A stretch of DNA of 41,666 nt from Escherichia phage vB_EcoM_ECO1230-10, in the sequence record NC_027995.1. One strand, given 5' to 3'. The position numbers and the translations under genes were made by a program. The stretch's first letter is position 1. Each line of letters opens with the position of its first letter. Positions 27,671 to 35,431 of the stretch are shown piece after piece. The notes beneath the pieces are model-generated. The model saw nothing but the letters and a program-made list of their open reading frames with translations, was not told the origin of the DNA and made no database searches.

Positions 27671-27990
27671 GCGTTACCACCGAATTTGCTTTTGATAGCC
27701 TCAATTAAGGTCGCAATGTCGGCGTTCTGAATCTTCCTGATAACAGCCACCACCATCGAACCGCCAAATGATCCCAGCAGGAAACCAATAGCCGAAGTGT
27801 ATTGCTGTGGGATGCTGTAAAACCATGACGTCCAACCAGTCAGGAAGTAAGAGCAAGCCAGCCCGCTACAAACAAACCACAGACGGCCTTTGATGCTCTT
27901 ATCATCGTGAAAAGGAACAGCAATCAACGCACCCATTAAACCAGCGATTGCCCATCCAATGTTATCCAGAAACTTCTCAAAAATATTCAT
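27667..27990 (-). CDS. holin (3-TM class)
   Basis: 107 aa, three hydrophobic helices and charged C-terminus; first gene of lysis cassette. Confidence 0.65.
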   Translation of the reverse strand: MNIFEKFLDNIGWAIAGLMGALIAVPFHDDKSIKGRLWFVCSGLACSYFLTGWTSWFYSIPQQYTSAIGFLLGSFGGSMVVAVIRKIQNADIATLIEAIKSKFGGNA

Positions 27991-27995
27991 GCCAG

Positions 27996-28430
27996 TTATT
28001 GCCCCGTAGTCATTAGTAGTCGGTGCTGATGGTTGTCATTTGCAGGTGATGTGTCTTTATGGGGTTTGTCAGTGCAATGGCGCTTAACGGTGCGTTCTGA
28101 AACGTCCAACAGTTCCGCGATGGTTTTCGCGTCCACTCCTTCGCTGTGCATCCGCTTAATGCTGCGGTGAATGAAATGGCGGTAAATGTATTCACAATTA
28201 GCCGGGTGAAGCATTTCACCACCGAAGTGCTGCACCATCTTGCTGGCATCGTGCCACCCCAGGATTTTCACCAGTGGGTCATTGGGTCGGATCCGCTTTG
28301 GTACATACAGGATGACTTTGTGGTATTGCTGCGATGGCACCCACAGTTTTGGTAGTTGTCCGATAAGAAAAAGCGCACGTTCACGGCCAATAACGTCAGC
28401 TATTTCCTGCACAGTGCGCGGTAATTCCAT
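27996..28430 (-). CDS. Mor/C-family transcriptional activator (candidate late activator)
   Basis: FGGEML...(about 20 aa)...VDAKTIAELLDVSERTVKRH matches Mor/C layout; located immediately upstream of lysis genes as Mu C is. Confidence 0.55.
   Translation of the reverse strand: MELPRTVQEIADVIGRERALFLIGQLPKLWVPSQQYHKVILYVPKRIRPNDPLVKILGWHDASKMVQHFGGEMLHPANCEYIYRHFIHRSIKRMHSEGVDAKTIAELLDVSERTVKRHCTDKPHKDTSPANDNHQHRLLMTTGQ
28054..28070 (-). promoter_or_regulatory. late-junction motif copy 5 (variant GACAAACCCCATAAAGA), upstream of holin
   Basis: 13 of 17 match, same strand and frame (TDKPHKD) inside activator gene 3' end; 64 nt from holin ATG. Confidence 0.35.
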
Positions 28431-28500
28431 GTAACCCCCAATAATTATAAATAAAAGTCAATATGGGGATTGTAGCACACAGAATATACGAAAGTAACAA

Positions 28501-28768
28501 GGGACTAACTTGGGACTATCTCAGCAAAAGATAGTCCCACTGTTATGCTATTGATTAACTTAAAGAAAACGCCATTTTCTGGCTGATTTGGGACAAGTGG
28601 GACCAAATTTCCCTATATATACTATTACTCCCCATATATTTATAAATAATGTTTTATAAAAAGATAGTCCCTTATAGTCCCAAATGGTGTTTTCGTTATT
28701 AATATCAATAACTTAACGTGGGACCAGCTCAAAAAAAGATAGTCCCATTTGGGACCATAGATAGTCCC
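28501..28768. repeat. iteron-like cluster of 9-bp motif GATAGTCCC with AT-rich tract
   Basis: GATAGTCCC at 28530, 28663, 28738, 28760; TATAGTCCC 28673; inverted GGGACTATC 28512 and GGGACTAAC 28501; GGGAC(C/A)A x4; AT-rich tract 28611-28662. Confidence 0.7.
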
Positions 28769-28829
28769 AAATCGCATTTGTGTGACAATTACTTACCAGA
28801 AAAAGAGGTTAATATTGCTAAATCAACCA

Positions 28830-28854
28830 AAGAAAAAACCGCCCGAAGGCGGTT
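28830..28854 (-). terminator. intrinsic terminator after AP2-like gene
   Basis: minus sense aaccgcc-ttcg-ggcggtt followed by TTTTTTC. Confidence 0.6.
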
Positions 28855-28859
28855 AGTGT

Positions 28860-29177
28860 TCAAGCGCGGCTTGGTCCGGTTGGTATGTCGTCATATCCTC
28901 TGCGCTTCCACAGGCGATACAGTCGCCATGCTATGTGTGCGCGTGGCATTGTTTTGAAGGTTCCCAGTGTTCGCTTTTTCTTACCATCAATGCACGTCAC
29001 CTGCCAACCCCACGCCAGCCGCTGACAGCCAGGAACGCGCGCCATGTGCAGGTTGCGGTTGCTGATTGCTGTGACTGCCGGTTTTGGTTTTGCCACCACT
29101 GGTGCTGGTTTTTGCTTCCGCTTATGTTTCGCCTGCGTGACAAAAGCGTGCCACAGAATATCGGTTGCCAGGCTCAT
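28860..29177 (-). CDS. small basic protein with AP2-like DNA-binding motif
   Basis: GWQVTCIDGKKKRTLGTFKTMPRAHIAWRLYRL resembles AP2 core; Lys/Pro-rich N-terminus. Confidence 0.3.
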   Translation of the reverse strand: MSLATDILWHAFVTQAKHKRKQKPAPVVAKPKPAVTAISNRNLHMARVPGCQRLAWGWQVTCIDGKKKRTLGTFKTMPRAHIAWRLYRLWKRRGYDDIPTGPSRA

Positions 29178-29998
29178 AGCTTGCCGCTTCCCGCTCTGGT
29201 GGCCAGTGCGTTGATGGCGTCAGCCAGTTCCTGCGCATCTTCACGGTCACCGCATACGCACCATTCATTCTGCGCAAATTTCAGAGTGGGGTATTCATTC
29301 CCGGTGTAGTGCTTCACCGCAGCCACTGGTTCACGCTGTGCGCTGGTGGCCAACGCTTCAAACTGCTGCGCGGTGTTATCTGTGGCTGGTTCGTCAGTGA
29401 TGTAAGCTGGCGGGTTACCAAGCGGCGGTTTCCACATCTGGCCGCCGTGGTACGTGTATCCTTTTAATTCCAACGTCGCTACTGCGGCTTTGTGTTCTGG
29501 CGCTGCCTTTTGCGCTGACAGCCAGTTATGCAAGCGCGTGATTTCGCTCTCCAGGCGCTGGCCAAGTTCTGTTTTAGTGCAATGCTCTGCCCACTCGTTG
29601 TTTTCCAGCAGGACAACCACGTTGCGCACGTCATCATTAACGCTATTCACCTGTACTGGCGGTGCGGTATACAGCGGAACAACAACCGGGTCTAGCGATG
29701 GGTCTGCAACCCATTTAATCGAACCATCACCATGCGTGACGTATCGCCCGCCTTTTCCGTATGACTGCGCTTCTTCCATCGTTGCAAACGTGGTGTTCAC
29801 ATTCACGTAGTCATACAGCTTGCCTTCCATGTTTCTGAATATCAGAGAATAGACAACCGGTTTAGCCTCCAGCGATGCCGCCAGCATACGCAAACACGCC
29901 AGTTCAAATTCGCCGCGCAATGACAGTTCACCGTGACTGTTGACAATTTCCAGTTCCGCTATGCGCTCTCGCACGGTGTCAATCGTTACCTGTTTCAT
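29174..29998 (-). CDS. hypothetical protein (274 aa)
   Basis: ORF track; no recognisable motif; ATGA coupling with downstream gene. Confidence 0.6.
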   Translation of the reverse strand: MKQVTIDTVRERIAELEIVNSHGELSLRGEFELACLRMLAASLEAKPVVYSLIFRNMEGKLYDYVNVNTTFATMEEAQSYGKGGRYVTHGDGSIKWVADPSLDPVVVPLYTAPPVQVNSVNDDVRNVVVLLENNEWAEHCTKTELGQRLESEITRLHNWLSAQKAAPEHKAAVATLELKGYTYHGGQMWKPPLGNPPAYITDEPATDNTAQQFEALATSAQREPVAAVKHYTGNEYPTLKFAQNEWCVCGDREDAQELADAINALATRAGSGKL

Positions 29999-30068
29999 AA
30001 AACCCCCAATTCAATCAGTGCATTTGCCACCAGCAGTGCGACGATGGCGTAAATGAAAATGATGTTGT

Positions 30069-30407
30069 TCAATCGCAACCCCCACTGGATGAACTGCTGC
30101 TGTCACAACTGCCGCCGTCATATCCGCCGCTGTCGTGTCCGCTGCTGCGGTGGTGGCTGTCACCGCTGCTATGATAAATCTGGCTGTTCGGGCTTAACGG
30201 GTTCAGTGGGTTCAGCGGGTCGCTGGAATCGTTGCGGCGGCTGATGGTGGCACTACTGTGCCGGTGGCCAGTTGCCTTGCCGGTTGGACGTGAAGACAAT
30301 GCGCGCACGATGTCATCATGGTTGCGCAGGCTGGTGGTGATGGTCACCTTATTCTGTACGGTTTTCGGTTTGCGCCCAAACAGGCGTGCCAGTAAGCGTT
30401 TAAACAT
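30069..30407 (-). CDS. low-complexity protein (basic N-terminus; Ser/Gly/Asp/His-rich C-terminus with PLNPLNPLSP repeat)
   Basis: ORF track; underlying 9-bp tandem repeat gggttcag(t/c); coding status uncertain. Confidence 0.4.
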   Translation of the reverse strand: MFKRLLARLFGRKPKTVQNKVTITTSLRNHDDIVRALSSRPTGKATGHRHSSATISRRNDSSDPLNPLNPLSPNSQIYHSSGDSHHRSSGHDSGGYDGGSCDSSSSSSGGCD

Positions 30408-30453
30408 ACTCCTTTCCCCATGATGTGATGGCCCCGTTGCCGGGGCGTGTTGG

Positions 30454-30708
30454 TTAGTATGCCGCGTCCTGGTACGCGATTGAGTAGTTGGACTCAGTAA
30501 GGCCGATTGAACGCGCCTGCGTGGTGTCGCGAATCATAATCAGCGAACCATCCTTGAAGTTAATCTCGCGGTGGTGAAAGGAGATTGACTCGATTTCCGG
30601 AAGGTTTTCATTCGCGATGATTTCCAGTGCTGCCATTGCGTTCACGTTCATGTTGCTTTTGGTGTTAGCGATAATCTGTGCAAGTTTCATTTCGTTTTCC
30701 TCATTCAT
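30454..30708 (-). CDS. hypothetical protein (84 aa; start may be ATG at 30690)
   Basis: ORF track; GAGGAA SD is optimally placed for the second ATG (MKLAQ...). Confidence 0.5.
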   Translation of the reverse strand: MNEENEMKLAQIIANTKSNMNVNAMAALEIIANENLPEIESISFHHREINFKDGSLIMIRDTTQARSIGLTESNYSIAYQDAAY

Positions 30709-30736
30709 CTGCGGCCCCGCGCCGCTTCATGTAAGT

Positions 30737-30790
30737 AATACTATATTTACTTAGGTAAATGTTCTAATCGTTTGTACCTATCAATAAAAA
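30737..30790 (-). promoter_or_regulatory. conserved intergenic element copy B (downstream of primase)
   Basis: about 80% identical over about 55 bp to 36676-36731; core CTATA...GGTAAAT...AATCG.TTGTACCTAT.AATAAA. Confidence 0.4.
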
Positions 30791-30811
30791 CAAAACCCGC
30801 CGAAGCGGGTT
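30783..30811 (-). terminator. intrinsic terminator after primase gene
   Basis: minus sense acccgc-ttcg-gcgggt followed by TTTTGTTTTTA. Confidence 0.65.
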
Positions 30812-30816
30812 ATCAA

Positions 30817-33120
30817 TCAAAATGGCCGGTCATCATCGTCATTGAATCGCCGGTGGTCAGGATTTGGCACCTTCGGCGGCAGGCTGAACAGGCGGTTGCT
30901 GCCAGACTTCCTGGCTGGCTTGCCAGTGAGTTTTCGAAGCACGCCAGCGCAATGGGTTGTCTGTGCCTTGTTCGGCTTATCGTAGCCTATTTCTTGCAGC
31001 ACCTGGGTTGCTGTACGGTCGGTGTAGGCTGCTGGTCTGTCGCAACCCCACTCGTAACGCATCAGTATCATTTCCTCTACCGGGTCAATCGCTTCGTGTT
31101 CCTTGTTCACTTGTTCCAGCATGGCTTCTTCTTCTGCGTTCATCCACCAGCGTTCGCCTTCGCGGTACAACTGCGCCACTTCTGCCCAAACTTGCTGCAT
31201 ATCAATATCGTGTTCGTAGTTGATGCGTGTTACCGGAATGGTCCACCAGCGAACGTTCCCTGTGTCATCCGCCAGGAAGTGTTTCGGGTTCACTGACGCA
31301 AAAAACACGGTTCTGCGCTGGTAGGTCGATTCAAGCCGGTCGTAAGGTCTGCGGATTTCGTCACGGTCCTGGCTGATGAATGATTTCAGGCGCGCAATGT
31401 CGGATTTGCGAAAAGTTGCATCCAGTTCGCCAAGCTCCACCATCCAGCGGCCAATTGCGCTGCTCACGCTGTCTTTGTTTGCCGGGTCGATTGTTGCCCC
31501 TACCTTAATTAATTCACGCAGTGTAGGCGGAACCAGCGAACGAAACCATGCTGTTTTCCCCAGCGACTGTTCACCCTGTAGCACCAGAACTCCTTTTGAG
31601 TAGAACCCGGTTGGCTGCATTGCTGCGGCAACGGCGGAAATCAACCAGCGGCGAACCATCATCAACACCAGACTGCGGTCAAAACCTTCCGCCGTTTCCA
31701 GTGTGTCACACAGGTCATAAATTCTGCTTACTCCATCCCACGGTTTTGCGGTGATAAATTCAGATGCAGGGTTGTAACGGTTGCTCATGGCAATCAGCTT
31801 TACATATTCAGCACAGGAACCAGACGGCATACCGTTGCGGGCACACAGGCTGACAATTTCAGTCAATGCACTGTTCGCTGATGCGTCGTTTCCGTAATCC
31901 TTTCCGGGGATCGTAACCACCACATCTTTGCTGATTTCGTTGTAACGCGATTTGATGCCGTACTGGTCAAGCAGCCATTCCAGGTTTTCCCACGTGTTAA
32001 GCGGTTTTTGCTGGTGGCTCATGTGCGGGAACATGAACGGGTTTACGCTGGCATCCAGAGGCAGAAAGTTATCATTCACCGGTTCCGGTATCACCGCGTT
32101 AATCTGGTCGCTTACAGCGTTTAAACCTTCCAGCACGTGCAGGTCATTAAAGTCGGTAGGCTTATCGCTAAGGCGCGTAAATTTAGGAACCGCCAGCAGG
32201 CCACCTGTTGTGATTGATGCCTGGCGCGCGTAGTGAACTCCATCATTTTGCTTGCCATCTTCGTGCCACTGGTCATTATCGGCTGCCACAACAATTGTTG
32301 CGCGTCCGAACTGCTGGCGCATCAGCTTGGCTACGGTCGGAACGTTTCCAGCATCGAAAGCGACCACCACGCAGTAACCGGTAGCCATGTGAATTGATGC
32401 GCCGGTGGAATACCCTTCACAGATAACAATAACCGGGTTTGCGCCAGTTGGTTTGTTGCCAATGACGTGGAAGCACCCACGTTTCTGGCCGCCCGGCAGG
32501 TAATCACGGTCACGCCCTAGCTGTGGGTTTTCGTTCTGGAATATGGCTTGCAGGCTGGTGATCTGCCCGTCAATGTTTCTGATTGGCACCAGCAGCGCGC
32601 CATCCTGGTTACGAAAACGACCGATGCGCAGCCCGAATGATTTAACCAGTTTGCGTTTCAGGTATGGGTGTTCATCGCCTTCCAGTTCGGTAGCTGATTC
32701 CCATATGTTGCGCGCCTGCTCTGCTGCCTGCGCCATACGTTCGGCGCGCAGTTGTTGTTCTTTGCGCTCTTCTTCTTCGCGGCGTTGTTTGCGCGCCTGA
32801 ATTTCTTCTGCAGAAATCGGCGTGCGTTCGTTGTCGTTCAGCGAAAAGCCAAATAACTGCGCCTCACCAATCAGGGTGCCAATGCCAATGCCGCCGTGAC
32901 GCTTCACTGATTTCCAGGTGTCGCGTGCGTCTTTGCTGTTGTACTTGTCAGACTGGCGTGACCAGTCATTCCAGACGGTGAAACCGCCGTCGCCTAGTTC
33001 CGATTTGACCGCCATCGCCATGCGCACCCATGTTTCACGGTCGCAACCGGCGTCAATGTAGGAAAGTGCTTCTGCAATTTCCTGTTCGGTCAAATCCTTA
33101 TAGTTTTGTTGTGCACTCAT
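30817..33120 (-). CDS. DNA primase / replicative NTPase (PriCT + TOPRIM + P-loop, P4-alpha/D5-like)
   Basis: TOPRIM VIVICEGYSTGASI and VVAADND; Walker A GEQSLGKT; 767 aa; C-terminus ends DDDDRPF. Confidence 0.85.
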   Translation of the reverse strand: MSAQQNYKDLTEQEIAEALSYIDAGCDRETWVRMAMAVKSELGDGGFTVWNDWSRQSDKYNSKDARDTWKSVKRHGGIGIGTLIGEAQLFGFSLNDNERTPISAEEIQARKQRREEEERKEQQLRAERMAQAAEQARNIWESATELEGDEHPYLKRKLVKSFGLRIGRFRNQDGALLVPIRNIDGQITSLQAIFQNENPQLGRDRDYLPGGQKRGCFHVIGNKPTGANPVIVICEGYSTGASIHMATGYCVVVAFDAGNVPTVAKLMRQQFGRATIVVAADNDQWHEDGKQNDGVHYARQASITTGGLLAVPKFTRLSDKPTDFNDLHVLEGLNAVSDQINAVIPEPVNDNFLPLDASVNPFMFPHMSHQQKPLNTWENLEWLLDQYGIKSRYNEISKDVVVTIPGKDYGNDASANSALTEIVSLCARNGMPSGSCAEYVKLIAMSNRYNPASEFITAKPWDGVSRIYDLCDTLETAEGFDRSLVLMMVRRWLISAVAAAMQPTGFYSKGVLVLQGEQSLGKTAWFRSLVPPTLRELIKVGATIDPANKDSVSSAIGRWMVELGELDATFRKSDIARLKSFISQDRDEIRRPYDRLESTYQRRTVFFASVNPKHFLADDTGNVRWWTIPVTRINYEHDIDMQQVWAEVAQLYREGERWWMNAEEEAMLEQVNKEHEAIDPVEEMILMRYEWGCDRPAAYTDRTATQVLQEIGYDKPNKAQTTHCAGVLRKLTGKPARKSGSNRLFSLPPKVPNPDHRRFNDDDDRPF

Positions 33121-33132
33121 AGAACCCCGATT

Positions 33133-33363
33133 TTATGGCCTGTTAGCGCGCCATATGGCCAGTGCGCGTTGTTCTAGTTCTTCGCGGGCTGTTGCTCCGC
33201 GCCGTTTTTCTATCGCTGCCAGCAGGGTGCGCCGTGCTTCAATGGTTGGCTGATTCAGAACGTATTTGGCTTCGCATTCCAGCAACCATTCCCGGCTATC
33301 GCTCAACACTTCGCGCCCATCGTGCAGCGTCACTGTGGTGGGCTGCCAGGTACAGGCGTTCAC
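33133..33363 (-). CDS. hypothetical protein (76 aa)
   Basis: ORF track; coupled to upstream gene. Confidence 0.5.
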   Translation of the reverse strand: MNACTWQPTTVTLHDGREVLSDSREWLLECEAKYVLNQPTIEARRTLLAAIEKRRGATAREELEQRALAIWRANRP

Positions 33364-34058
33364 GCGACAGCCTCACCGCTTGACGGTTCATTGTCGTTAG
33401 CGTGGCGCAGGTGAGTCGCGTTGGCGTTGAAAACAGCAATGGCGAAGCCCAATGGCGTTGCGCTGCGGATGTTTGCACGCTCTGGACCAGGTGGGCATTT
33501 ATGGATTCTGTCATCTGGCGCGCCTAACGTTTCATCGCGGAACGCTTCCGGCATAACGAAACCGCCACCAGTCCAAAGGCATGTTTTCTTTGTGTAATTG
33601 TCGTTTGCGCAATATCCAGTAAAGTCAGCCGGGTTGAAAGCGTAGTCGGGTTTACGCCACAGGCTGCTAATCTGGCTTACCGGGTTTTCAACGGCCCACG
33701 GCACACCGGCCATCTCGCCAATAATCTGGCACTGCCACACAACGTGCATTGCTTTGAACTGGAAAGCCGGGTCAGCCTCACGTTTCGTGCTAAACCAGCG
33801 AGCACCGCTTACCGCCAAATCAGTGCATGGAGGGAACCCCATAACAAAAACAACGTGACCAGTGGACACGGTGCGGCGCAAAATATCCCACGTAGCTGGA
33901 TGGTCGATAATATGGCCAACGCGGGTGATTGCGCCATCAACGTGAACGCCTTCCGGGTGCTGCGGGTCAACCAGAACGGCTTCATAACCTGCGTCAACCC
34001 ACGGCTTTGCCATTACGCCAGTGATGTCACACAGGCAGATAATAATTCCTTTACTCAT
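33360..34058 (-). CDS. small C5-cytosine-methyltransferase-like protein (minimal, 232 aa)
   Basis: GFPPC (motif IV-like Pro-Cys) and AVENP (motif VI-like ENV) about 44 aa apart; no clear FxGxGG motif I; too short for a canonical Dcm. Confidence 0.4.
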   Translation of the reverse strand: MSKGIIICLCDITGVMAKPWVDAGYEAVLVDPQHPEGVHVDGAITRVGHIIDHPATWDILRRTVSTGHVVFVMGFPPCTDLAVSGARWFSTKREADPAFQFKAMHVVWQCQIIGEMAGVPWAVENPVSQISSLWRKPDYAFNPADFTGYCANDNYTKKTCLWTGGGFVMPEAFRDETLGAPDDRIHKCPPGPERANIRSATPLGFAIAVFNANATHLRHANDNEPSSGEAVA

Positions 34059-34243
34059 AATTTGTTACCCCCGGACAATTTATACTCAAGCAATTCAAGC
34101 TGGTGGGTCGGAATGACTTTCCCGCCCTTACAGCGCCAGATAAGCACCGTTTGTTCAGTGCGGCCAAGTAAACGGCCAACATCGCGGCAGGTTAAGCCAT
34201 GTTTAGCCATAATGTCGTGAAGTCGTTCGGTCCTTTCGTCCAT
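34055..34243 (-). CDS. small HTH DNA-binding protein (Cro/XRE-like)
   Basis: start MDERTERL with GAGG SD; HGLTCRDVGRLLGRTEQTVLIW helix-turn-helix. Confidence 0.5.
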   Translation of the reverse strand: MDERTERLHDIMAKHGLTCRDVGRLLGRTEQTVLIWRCKGGKVIPTHQLELLEYKLSGGNKL

Positions 34244-34285
34244 AGTAATAGCCTCGTAATAACAATGCGCCCATAGTACAGGGCG

Positions 34286-34305
34286 CATTTCCTAAAGTAA
34301 ATATC
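34286..34305 (-). promoter_or_regulatory. conserved intergenic element partial copy C (CATTTCCT..GTAAATATC)
   Basis: same orientation as copies A and B; adjacent to palindrome aatgcgccc/gggcgcatt (34264-34289). Confidence 0.3.
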
Positions 34306-34323
34306 TTTTGAAATAATCTTACG

Positions 34324-34548
34324 TCATCTTGATGATTTCGGCATCACGAAACGGAAACCGGCCTGGTGCTTCATGGCCATTGCGCCTGCCAGGCGTATCA
34401 GTTCAGCGAAAGGGTCTTTGCCGATAGTTGACGTGGTGCGGTACTGTTGCGCCGCGTAGTCAGCCGCGTGCTGCGCTGTGCCAGGTGATGCGCCTTGCTT
34501 CACCAGTTCGGCCATGACTTGTTTTTTGATGAAGTCTACCGGGTTCAT
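34324..34548 (-). CDS. hypothetical small protein (74 aa)
   Basis: ORF track; ATGA coupling with upstream gene. Confidence 0.45.
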   Translation of the reverse strand: MNPVDFIKKQVMAELVKQGASPGTAQHAADYAAQQYRTTSTIGKDPFAELIRLAGAMAMKHQAGFRFVMPKSSR

Positions 34549-34781
34549 GCTGCCGCCCTCCGGTTGCGCTCCTTTCGTGCCTTGCGTCGCATAGCTGCAA
34601 TGCCGGTGAAGCGTGAACGGCGTGGCCCTGGCTTCGGGTAATCCAGTACCACTTGCATTGACCGCACCTTTGGACGCCAGCCAGCACGCACCAACGCCAT
34701 TTGAAAACCCAGGCTGATTTCCCTGGCTGATAACTTCCAGGCGTCAACCAGCCGCTGCATTGCCACTTTGAAAATATTCAT
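34545..34781 (-). CDS. hypothetical small basic protein (78 aa)
   Basis: ORF track; Arg/Lys-rich C-terminus; ATGA coupling. Confidence 0.45.
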   Translation of the reverse strand: MNIFKVAMQRLVDAWKLSAREISLGFQMALVRAGWRPKVRSMQVVLDYPKPGPRRSRFTGIAAMRRKARKERNRRAAA

Positions 34782-34939
34782 TCAACACCCCACGTTTGTT
34801 TCAGGTTTTCCACTTCAAGCGCCGTTAACATGCCGTAACGGTTCAGATTCCACATTGCCGTTTTTGCCGCCAGGAACGTGATGTGGTTCCTGGTCACCAG
34901 TGCTTCTGCAAACAGTCTGCGAATGCTTTCGATTGTCAT
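34778..34939 (-). CDS. hypothetical small protein (53 aa), alternative to the track's 68-aa ORF
   Basis: MTIESIRRLFAEALVTRNHITFLAAKTAMWNLNRYGMLTALEVENLKQTWGVE; globular-looking; stop overlaps next ATG (ATGA); under 60 aa so absent from track. Confidence 0.35.
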   Translation of the reverse strand: MTIESIRRLFAEALVTRNHITFLAAKTAMWNLNRYGMLTALEVENLKQTWGVE

Positions 34940-35017
34940 CATGGTTTAGCCACTCCATCATTGATCGTCCGGTATCTACGCTGTAGCGCAGTGCGTCGGA
35001 TGCTATCTGTTTTATGC

Positions 35018-35431
35018 TCATTTGCCGAACACCAGTTTTTCAGCGTCAGCCACTGACCGCACAACACCGGCGCGGCCACCATCAGCATTCACCACACTAA
35101 TGAACGTTTTTTGCAGCGGTGACGGCTTGCCATTTTCGTCCTTAACTTCTGGACCAATGAAAATCGCCACCTTTTGGCCAACCATGTCAGCGGTTATTTC
35201 TTCAACCACATAACCAAACAGGTCGGTGAATCCTGGTGGCAACCCGGTGTCAAACGGCCTTGCGTTCCGCAGCAGGACATCACGCGGCCCCATAACAACC
35301 GGCATCTTGCGCGGCACCTTCACCACGTCATTACTGGCCCACGCTTTTCCTACGTTGGCGCGAAACAGTTTGCATCGCCCAGCCAGTGCGTTGCGGATTT
35401 CGTTCTGTATCGCGTGCTCTTTGTTAGCCAT
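35018..35431 (-). CDS. VRR-NUC domain nuclease
   Basis: start MANKEH with GGTGGGGG SD; LFRANVGKAW then PGFTDL...IFIGPEVK (PD-(D/E)xK). Confidence 0.6.
   Translation of the reverse strand: MANKEHAIQNEIRNALAGRCKLFRANVGKAWASNDVVKVPRKMPVVMGPRDVLLRNARPFDTGLPPGFTDLFGYVVEEITADMVGQKVAIFIGPEVKDENGKPSPLQKTFISVVNADGGRAGVVRSVADAEKLVFGK

Noticed and set aside
30001-30072. 24-codon hydrophobic mini-ORF (TTG start) between the 29998 and 30069 gene ends
   Set aside because: Non-ATG start, very short, no independent support.
30053-30244. Cys-rich plus-strand ORF (63 aa) as a metal-binding peptide gene
   Set aside because: It is antisense to a co-directional minus-strand ORF and has no RBS; kept only as a caveat in the findings.
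34815-35021. 68-aa ORF from the track
   Set aside because: Only partly rejected. Its ATG is coupled to the VRR-NUC stop, but beyond about 25 codons the translation is low-complexity, and a 53-aa ORF in another frame (34778-34939) looks more protein-like and couples to the next gene. The frame remains unresolved.
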